Shown here piece by piece: positions 57,155-64,000 of a stretch of DNA of 64,000 bases. Both the position numbers and the translations under genes were made by a program. This DNA is from Candidatus Binatia bacterium. Its GTDB lineage: Bacteria; Desulfobacterota; Binatia; UBA9968; JAJDTQ01. The notes beneath the pieces were generated by a model. It was given only the letters and a program-made list of their open reading frames with translations, did not search any database and was not told where the DNA came from. The stretch lies in assembly GCA_963666515.2 (NCBI GenBank), contig OY762897.2, forward strand, positions 1,600,001 to 1,664,000, read 5' to 3'. Within the stretch, counting starts at the first letter, position 1, and the number at the start of each line of letters is the position of its first letter.

Positions 57155-58948
57155 ATGTTTCGACCCATGCGACCCATACTCACCCTCGCGGCAGCGGCGG
57201 CGCTCCTGATCTTCGCGGCGCCGGAACCGGCCCGTTCTCGCGACCTTGCGCTCGTCGAGCAACTGAAGAAGAACGCCGCCGAGTTCCGCTACGAGAACGG
57301 CAAGCCGGGAGGCGCGTTGACCTACTCGACGATCTCCGGTCCGAAGACCTTCAACCTCGCCATCTCGACGGAGACCTCCTCTACCGAGATCCTCAACTAC
57401 GTGTTCGAAGGGCTCGTCGAGACCTCATGGCTTACTGCGGAGGTAGAGCCGGCCCTGGCCGAACGCTGGGAGGCTTCCGAAGACGGGCTGGTCTGGACTT
57501 TCCACCTGCGCAGAGGGGTCCAGTGGGCAGACGGCGCGCCCTTCTCCGCCGATGACGTCGTCTTCACGTTCTCCAGGATCATCTACAACAACGACATCCC
57601 GGCCTCGGCCCGGCCCGGCCTGACCATCCGCTATCGCGACGACGCCACGCAGACCTGGAAAAAGGGCCGGCTCAAGGTCGAGAAGATCGACGCGCACACC
57701 GTGAAGTTCACCCTGCCGGCGCCGTTCGCGCCCTTCCTGCGGGGCATGTCCACCTCGATCTATCCCAGGCACATCCTGGAAAAACATGTGGACGACGGCA
57801 CTTTCACGTCCACCTGGGACGTGGGCACCAGGCCCGCCGACATCATCGGCACCGGACCCTTCACCATCGAGCGCTACGACGCGGGCGAGCGCATCGTCCT
57901 CAAGCGGAACCCGCGGTACTGGCAAAGGGACGCGGCGGGAACCCCCCTGCCCTACCTCGACCGGATCGTCTACCTGGTCGTGCCCAACCTGGCCACCTCG
58001 CTGCTGAAGTTCCAGGCCGGCGAGACCGATATCCTGCAGGTTACCGGGGAGCACTATCCGATCCTGAAACCGCAGGAGGCGGCAAAGGGCTTCACGCTGC
58101 ACAGGCGCGGGCCCAACTTCGGGACCACCTTCCTCGCCCTCAACATGAACCCCGGCAAGAATCCCAAGAACGATGCGCCGTTCGTCGATCCGGTCAAGCT
58201 GCGCTGGTTCCGCACGTTGGCCTTCAGAAAGGCGCTGGCCCACAGCATCGACAAGGACAGCATCATCGACAACGTCATGAACGGCCTCGGTTATCCCCAG
58301 TGGGCCGCGGTCAGTCCCTCGGCCGGCGACTTTCACAACCCGGCCGTCACCCGGTACCCGTACGACATCGCCAAGGCCAACGCCCTGCTCGACGGCCTGG
58401 GCTGGTTCGACGTGGACGGCGACGGCGTGCGGGAAGACGACGAGGGCAACCGCATCGTCTTCAACCTGTCGACCAACTCGGGCAATACGGTACGGGAACG
58501 GGTATGCACGATCATCAAGCAGGACTTGGCGAGAATCGGCATCCGGGTCAACCTGCGGTTTCTGGAGTTCAACACCCTGGTGTCCCAGCTCACCAGCACC
58601 TACGACTGGGAAGCCATCGTGATCGGCTTCACCGGCGGCGTGGAGCCTCACTACGGCATCAACTTCTGGCATTCCGGCGAACGGCTTCACCTGTGGTTCC
58701 CGAACCAGGAGGAACCCGCCACCGAGTGGGAACGGCGGATCGACGAGCTGTTCGTGAGCGGCAGCCGCGAGCTGGAGCATGACAAGCGCGTTGCCATCTA
58801 CCGTGAGTTCCAGCAGGTCGCGTCCGACAACGTCCCCGTCGTCTATACCGCGCTGGCCGAGCGTATTACGGCCCTGCGCAATCGCTTCGCCAATGTCACG
58901 CCGACCCTGTTCGAGCTGTTCGACGTAAGGCGGCTTCACTTGAAATGA
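57155..58948 (+). CDS. Peptide/nickel ABC transporter substrate-binding protein (family 5)
   Basis: PKTFN, PALAERW, WADGAPFSADDV, GTGPF, RNPRYW, LPYLD. Confidence 0.92.
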   Translation: MFRPMRPILTLAAAAALLIFAAPEPARSRDLALVEQLKKNAAEFRYENGKPGGALTYSTISGPKTFNLAISTETSSTEILNYVFEGLVETSWLTAEVEPALAERWEASEDGLVWTFHLRRGVQWADGAPFSADDVVFTFSRIIYNNDIPASARPGLTIRYRDDATQTWKKGRLKVEKIDAHTVKFTLPAPFAPFLRGMSTSIYPRHILEKHVDDGTFTSTWDVGTRPADIIGTGPFTIERYDAGERIVLKRNPRYWQRDAAGTPLPYLDRIVYLVVPNLATSLLKFQAGETDILQVTGEHYPILKPQEAAKGFTLHRRGPNFGTTFLALNMNPGKNPKNDAPFVDPVKLRWFRTLAFRKALAHSIDKDSIIDNVMNGLGYPQWAAVSPSAGDFHNPAVTRYPYDIAKANALLDGLGWFDVDGDGVREDDEGNRIVFNLSTNSGNTVRERVCTIIKQDLARIGIRVNLRFLEFNTLVSQLTSTYDWEAIVIGFTGGVEPHYGINFWHSGERLHLWFPNQEEPATEWERRIDELFVSGSRELEHDKRVAIYREFQQVASDNVPVVYTALAERITALRNRFANVTPTLFELFDVRRLHLK

Positions 58949-59003
58949 CCCTGAACCCGTCCTGGTCGGCGATGGCGTTGCGGAGACCCCGGATGATGCG
59001 ACC

Positions 59004-60872
59004 ATGACGGCCTACATCGTGCGGCGGCTGCTGATCACGATCCCGTCGCTCTTCGCCCTCACCTTCGTGATATTCATGATCATCCAGATCGCTCCGGGGG
59101 ACTACTTCGACCAGTGGGCGCTTCAACCCGACCTCGATCAGCGGCAACTGCGCCAGTGGAAACGCGAGTTCGGCGCCGACAAGGGCTGGGGCACGCAGTA
59201 CCTGCGATGGTTGCGCGGCGTCCTGCTCGACGTCCGCTTCTCCCGTGAGCGCGTTCGCATCGCCGACTTCGAATACGCCGACCTGGCCGCCAACCGTGAC
59301 GCCTACCAGATCGGCGGCGACGCCACGCCCATCCTCGTCCCGTTGCGAGCGGACGGCACCTTCGCGCTCGCCTTCAACTTCGACGCCGCCGGAGACGTCG
59401 GCGTGCTGCGGAAGACGGACAATCCCAACCGGGCGAGCCGGCGCCCCGGCAACCACTGGTCCGGCGATGACTTCCGGTCCGTTGAAATGGAGCTCCGAAA
59501 CGACCGGGCCGGCGGCGCCGACGTCTTCCTGCGCATCCAGGATCGGAACGGAAAGGCGTTCCGGGAGCGCCGCTCCTTCGACGCCGGCGAACCGGCGGCG
59601 GTCTCGCTGACCGACACCGACTACGCCCGCTTCGGCGTGGACCGGAGCAGGCTCAAGGGGCTGTTCCTGTTCGCGCGTCAGCGCGGCGGAAGGCCGGCGG
59701 TGCTGGAGGTCGCCTACCATGCGGGGAACACGGTGCTGGCTACGGTGCGCCACACCCTGGATCCGACCCGGCGCCTGGCGTTGGCCCGCAATGCCTTTCC
59801 GGCCGGACTCGGGGACCCGGGCCGCGTGGACCGCATGACCTTCCGCACCATCCCGGAGCCGCTGCCGGACATGACGGTGACCGTGACCTTCCGGGACCTG
59901 GACTCGAACGCCTACGCCACCGGCGTCGCCCTGCCCGGAAACGTCACCACGTCGCTCTCGGTCGACTTCGCCGACATGCACGCCGCCGGCGTCGATACCA
60001 CGCGCATGGGGTCGATCTCGTTCCGCAGCGACGTCCCCGGATCCCTGTTCGTGGACGAGGTCCGCCTCGTGAAGGCCGGCAGCGGCTTCCACGTCGGCGC
60101 GCCGGATTTCGGCAAATCCATCGCCAACCGCCAGCCGGTGTGGACCACCATGTGGCCGTTTCTCAAGAACACCATGCTCCTGAACGTGCTGGCCATCCTG
60201 TTCACGTGGCTGCTGTCGCTGCCCATCGGCATCTACTCGGCGACGCACCCCTACTCCTGGAGCGACAAGGCGTTCGGCTTCATGGCCTACATGGGCATGG
60301 CCATCCCCTCGTTCTTCTTCGCGCTGTTGCTGCTCTACGCCGTGACGCTGACCTACGACTTCGACCCGGCCAACCCGTTGTACGAATGGCTTCCCATCGG
60401 CGGGCTCACGTCGGCGAACTACCACGAGCTGGATACGTGGGGGCGGATGATGGACCTGGCCCGTCACCTGGTTCTGCCGGTGCTCGTGCTCGGCACCGGC
60501 GCCATGGCCGCGCTGGTCCGCGTGCTGCGGGCCGAGTTTCTCGACAAGAGCCACATGCAGTTCGTGGTCACCGCACGGGCCAAGGGCCTCTCCGACGCCA
60601 TGGTCAACTACAAGCACATCCTGAGGAACGCCATCACCCCGTTCGTGGCCGGCTTCGGCTCCCTGCTGCCGACCCTCATCGGCGGCTCGGCCCTGGTGGA
60701 GATCGTTTTCGGCTACCCGGGGATCGGGCAACTGATGCTTGCCGCGGTGCGTTCCTACGACATCTACGTCGTCATGGCCAGCTCCCTGGCCGGGGGGCTG
60801 CTGCTGATCATCGGCAACCTGCTCGCCGACATCCTGCTGGCCTGGGTCGACCCGCGCATCAGCTACAGGTAG
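59004..60872 (+). CDS. OppB/DppB-like ABC permease with large extracytoplasmic insertion
   Basis: YIVRRLL N-terminus; DFGKS; TARAKG EAA loop; DPRI; ~290-aa soluble insert. Confidence 0.88.
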   Translation: MTAYIVRRLLITIPSLFALTFVIFMIIQIAPGDYFDQWALQPDLDQRQLRQWKREFGADKGWGTQYLRWLRGVLLDVRFSRERVRIADFEYADLAANRDAYQIGGDATPILVPLRADGTFALAFNFDAAGDVGVLRKTDNPNRASRRPGNHWSGDDFRSVEMELRNDRAGGADVFLRIQDRNGKAFRERRSFDAGEPAAVSLTDTDYARFGVDRSRLKGLFLFARQRGGRPAVLEVAYHAGNTVLATVRHTLDPTRRLALARNAFPAGLGDPGRVDRMTFRTIPEPLPDMTVTVTFRDLDSNAYATGVALPGNVTTSLSVDFADMHAAGVDTTRMGSISFRSDVPGSLFVDEVRLVKAGSGFHVGAPDFGKSIANRQPVWTTMWPFLKNTMLLNVLAILFTWLLSLPIGIYSATHPYSWSDKAFGFMAYMGMAIPSFFFALLLLYAVTLTYDFDPANPLYEWLPIGGLTSANYHELDTWGRMMDLARHLVLPVLVLGTGAMAALVRVLRAEFLDKSHMQFVVTARAKGLSDAMVNYKHILRNAITPFVAGFGSLLPTLIGGSALVEIVFGYPGIGQLMLAAVRSYDIYVVMASSLAGGLLLIIGNLLADILLAWVDPRISYR

Positions 60873-60877
60873 CCGCC

Positions 60878-62035
60878 ATGCCTCTAGTTGCGGACAAGGC
60901 CACACCCCAAAAACGCAGGACTCCCGGGTCCCGCTCTCCGTTCCGGCGCGCCCTCGCCCGCTTGAGGCGCAACCGTCTCGCCATGCTCGGGTTCTGGATC
61001 CTCGTAGCTCTCTATGGCGGGGCCATTTTCGCGGACTTCCTGGCGCCCCATCACTATGCCTCCAGCGCCCGCAAGAAAGCCTATCATCCGCCCATGATCA
61101 CGTGGATTCATTTCTCGGACGAGGACGGGTTGAGGTGGCCCTACGTCTACAACAGCGCCTTCGAGTTCGACGAGAACCAGCGCAAGGTCTATCGCGAAAC
61201 CCCCGGCCCCACCTATCCCATCGGGTTTTTCGTCACCGGAGACCGCTACCGGTTCCTGGGACTGTTCGAGACCCGGCTGCACCTGTTCGGCTTGCGCGGG
61301 CTGGAGAACGTCCCGGCCGACGACCCCAATCGGCCCATGCTCTTCCTCCTCGGTTCGGACAGTTTCGGCCGCGACGTCCTTTCCCGCCTGTTGTACGGCG
61401 GCCGCGTGTCGCTGTCGGTGGGGCTGGTGGGGGTAGCCATCACCTTCGTCCTGGGAATGCTCATCGGGGGCGCCTCCGGCTATTTCGGCGGACGCACGGA
61501 CATGGTCATCCAGCGCCTGTGCGAGATGCTGATGATGGTGCCGGGCTTCTACCTGCTCCTGGCCCTGCGCGCGGCGATTCCCGCGGACTGGTCGTCGTTT
61601 GAGACCTACCTGGCCATCGTGGTGATCCTGAGCTTCATCGGCTGGGCCAGCCTCGCCCGGATCATCCGCGGACTCGTGCTCTCCATCAGCGAGATGGACT
61701 ACGTCACCAGCGCACGCGCCATGGGCGTTCCCCATTCACGCATCATCATCCACCACGTGCTGCCCAACACGTTCTCGTACGCCATCGTCGCCGCGACCAT
61801 GTCGATTCCGGGCTACATCCTCGGAGAATCGGGCCTGAGCCTCATCGGCCTCGGCATCCAGGATCCGGAGGCTTCCTGGGGCAACATGCTGGCTCTCGCC
61901 ATGGACATCGCGCAGATCCGCTTCCACCCGTGGATACTGATCCCCGGCGTGCTGATCTTCATCACCGTGATGGCGTTCAACTACGTCGGCGACGGTCTGC
62001 GGGATGCGCTGGACCCGCACGGGGTCCGGCAGTGA
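60878..62035 (+). CDS. OppC/DppC-like ABC permease
   Basis: LGSDSFGRDV, SARAMG, HVLPN, SWGNML, GDGLRDALDP. Confidence 0.92.
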   Translation: MPLVADKATPQKRRTPGSRSPFRRALARLRRNRLAMLGFWILVALYGGAIFADFLAPHHYASSARKKAYHPPMITWIHFSDEDGLRWPYVYNSAFEFDENQRKVYRETPGPTYPIGFFVTGDRYRFLGLFETRLHLFGLRGLENVPADDPNRPMLFLLGSDSFGRDVLSRLLYGGRVSLSVGLVGVAITFVLGMLIGGASGYFGGRTDMVIQRLCEMLMMVPGFYLLLALRAAIPADWSSFETYLAIVVILSFIGWASLARIIRGLVLSISEMDYVTSARAMGVPHSRIIIHHVLPNTFSYAIVAATMSIPGYILGESGLSLIGLGIQDPEASWGNMLALAMDIAQIRFHPWILIPGVLIFITVMAFNYVGDGLRDALDPHGVRQ

Positions 62036-62055
62036 CGCGGCACCAGGGTGGCTGG

Positions 62056-62376
62056 TCAGGCGGGTTCGGTCGTGGCGGCCCGTTCCAGCGCCGCGTAGAA
62101 GTCCCGGTACGGTGTCCCGGCGATCTCCTGGGGCATCTCCCGGACGATCTCCACGGTATAGGAGCCGGGCAGCACCACGCCCACCACGGTGCGGACCGTG
62201 AGCGCGTCGCCGGGGCCGCCGTCCGCGTGGACGATGCCCACCACGTGCCGGAGCCCGTACTTGCCCCGGCCCGGCCTCAGGTCCCTCAGCACCAGCGGCG
62301 TCTCCACGCCGAACCGGAGGTCGCCCGGCCTGCGCACGAAGGTGTCCCAGGCCGGCGGCTCACTGCTTGAAGCCAT
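62056..62376 (-). CDS. Phenylphosphate carboxylase gamma-subunit-like protein
   Basis: WDTFV...LRDLRPGRGKY...L.VR pattern resembles the Thauera gamma subunit; overlaps the stop of the UbiD gene. Confidence 0.7.
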   Translation of the reverse strand: MASSSEPPAWDTFVRRPGDLRFGVETPLVLRDLRPGRGKYGLRHVVGIVHADGGPGDALTVRTVVGVVLPGSYTVEIVREMPQEIAGTPYRDFYAALERAATTEPA

Positions 62377-63793
62377 ACTCGCTCCAGTTCTTCAGCACCT
62401 TCTCCTGCACCTCCCTGGAGAAGATCGAGTCCAGGGTCGCCTTCACCGGCGTCTCCCACTCCCGCGACCACTCCCCCGGCCAGGTGCAGTCGTACAGCAC
62501 GGTGGCGCCCTTCTGCGCCGCCCGTTCCGCCTGGCTGTAGCAGGGCGTGAGCGTGTTGGCCCGGCCCTCGTAGTGGATCACGTGGATGCCGTTGGCCGGG
62601 TGGCACTTGGTGGAGAAGGCGTGCAGCACCTTGCCCATGTCGAACACGTCGGTGTCGGTGTCCACCAGGAAGAGCTTCGAGAGCAGCGCCCGGCGCGAGG
62701 TCAGCACCTGGAGCACCTGGCGGGCCACCTCCTGACCGCCGTAGTCCACGCTCATGACCGCAAGGTGCACCGCGCCTTCCGGCGGCACGTACACGTCCCG
62801 CACCGGCACGCCGTGGCGCTCCAGGCGCCGCTTGATGGCCAGGGCGCCGGACAGCGCGGTCACCGTGGAGCTGTCGTCCTTGTAGCCGGTGGCGTCCACG
62901 GTGAGCACCGGGTTTTCCCGATGGGTGATGGCGGTGGTGCGGAACAGGATGCCGTTGCCCATCTCGCCGGTGCGGTAGCCGGGATACTCGCCGTAGGGGC
63001 CCTCCAGTCCCACCCGGTCGGGTAGCACCTCGCCCTCGATGACGATCTCGGAATGGGCCGGGACCAGGAGATCCCTGGTCTCGCAGCGGATCATCTCCAC
63101 CGGCCGGCCGCGCAGCCCTCCCGCCAGGCTGGCTTCGTCGCCCCCCAGAGCGTAGGTGGCGGCCGCGGCGAAGTGCGACAGCGGGTCGGTGCCGATGGCG
63201 ATGGCCAGGGGCATGGGCTTTCCCTTGGCGACGTAGTGTTCCTGGAAGACCTTGCCCAGGTGGCTCGTGGGCCGCGGGAAGCCGGTCAGGTGGTGCGCGT
63301 CGTAGACCATGAACCGGTACATGCCCCAGTTCACCCAGCCGCTTTCCACGTCCTTGGAGATCACCAGGTCCCAGGTGCCCAGGTAACGCCCGCCGTCGCC
63401 CTCGTGGAGCATGGGGGTGGGCAGATCGAAGAGGTTGGCGTCCGCGCCCATGCGGACCACCTGCTTGCACGGCGCCTCCTTCACCTCCACGGGATCGACG
63501 GGGTTCGCCTCCCCCTTCTCGTAGGCTTCGTAGATCTCCCGCACCGTGGCGGTGGGCTCCAGGCCCAGGGCGATGGCGATGCGGCGCCAAGTGGCCACCG
63601 GGTTGACGAACACCGAGACCTCGTCCACGTAGTCCGTCACCCGCTTGAACCACACCGCCGGACCGTCCTTCTCGCAGGCAAGGCGGCTGATGGCGCCCAA
63701 TTCCAGGTCCCAGCTCACCTCCTTCTCCACCTCCACGAGGTCGCCGGACCGCCGGAGCGCCTCGATGAAGCTCCGATTGTCGTCGAAAATCAT
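62360..63793 (-). CDS. UbiD-family (de)carboxylase, phenylphosphate carboxylase alpha-like
   Basis: HEGDGGRYLGTW, VNWGMYR, EGPYGEYPGY, DCTWP.EW, EKVLKNWSEYGF. Confidence 0.88.
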   Translation of the reverse strand: MIFDDNRSFIEALRRSGDLVEVEKEVSWDLELGAISRLACEKDGPAVWFKRVTDYVDEVSVFVNPVATWRRIAIALGLEPTATVREIYEAYEKGEANPVDPVEVKEAPCKQVVRMGADANLFDLPTPMLHEGDGGRYLGTWDLVISKDVESGWVNWGMYRFMVYDAHHLTGFPRPTSHLGKVFQEHYVAKGKPMPLAIAIGTDPLSHFAAAATYALGGDEASLAGGLRGRPVEMIRCETRDLLVPAHSEIVIEGEVLPDRVGLEGPYGEYPGYRTGEMGNGILFRTTAITHRENPVLTVDATGYKDDSSTVTALSGALAIKRRLERHGVPVRDVYVPPEGAVHLAVMSVDYGGQEVARQVLQVLTSRRALLSKLFLVDTDTDVFDMGKVLHAFSTKCHPANGIHVIHYEGRANTLTPCYSQAERAAQKGATVLYDCTWPGEWSREWETPVKATLDSIFSREVQEKVLKNWSEYGFKQ

Positions 63794-63855
63794 GCCGCAA
63801 ACGTAAGGGGCCGGTGTGTCGATTGCAAGCGAGGGACGGGAAACCGCGCCTTCTG

Positions 63856-63999
63856 CTACCGGCGGGCCTCGTCGAGGGCGATGAGGGTGAAGACCTTCTT
63901 CATCTCCTGTTTCCTGAACTTGGCGGAGAGGCGGCGCATCACCTCGCCCTTGTTCTCGGACAGCGTGATGCCCACCTGGCGGTATTCGGCCATCACCCG
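63856..63999 (-). CDS. 3' end of an unidentified gene running in from beyond the window
   Basis: Open frame RVMAEYRQ...LIALDEARR* with GC-rich third positions. Confidence 0.55.
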   Translation of the reverse strand, partial: RVMAEYRQVGITLSENKGEVMRRLSAKFRKQEMKKVFTLIALDEARR

Positions 64000-64000
64000 G

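Overview
GC-rich bacterial chromosomal window. The gene content (many amidohydrolases, Rieske oxygenases, Bug/TctC receptors, Uma2) suggests a Deltaproteobacteria/Binatia-like organism, possibly a sponge symbiont; this is inference only. Most of the window is catabolic and transport genes: 3 amidohydrolases, TctABC plus 3 extra TctC, TRAP/TAXI, peptide ABC, a Mo-hydroxylase, 3 Rieske alpha subunits, a four-domain rhodanese and a phenylphosphate-carboxylase-like alpha+gamma pair. Housekeeping genes include moeB, thiI, pgsA, fbaB, fbp, a YrdC-family gene, tRNA-Gly(GCC) and tRNA-Met(CAT). Two accessory regions stand out. (1) 22.7-28.7 kb is an AT-richer island with nested decayed elements (an IS3 with a CAT target duplication, carrying an IS1634 fragment and the 3' end of a group II intron) next to a 967-aa HEPN-like/STAND-ATPase/TPR protein, a candidate NLR-like defence protein. 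(2) 51044-52914 is a CTAG-bounded single-gene element without terminal inverted repeats. Its protein has a Rep_trans-like (non-DDE, non-HUH) motif order and its 5' end folds into a four-hairpin cloverleaf; it is the best candidate for an undescribed mobile system. Also notable: an archaeal-type ITPase beside tRNA-Gly, an NCS2 permease fused to a degenerate HATPase domain, and an ABC permease with a large periplasmic insert. All family assignments come from motif recognition by eye; no searches were run.
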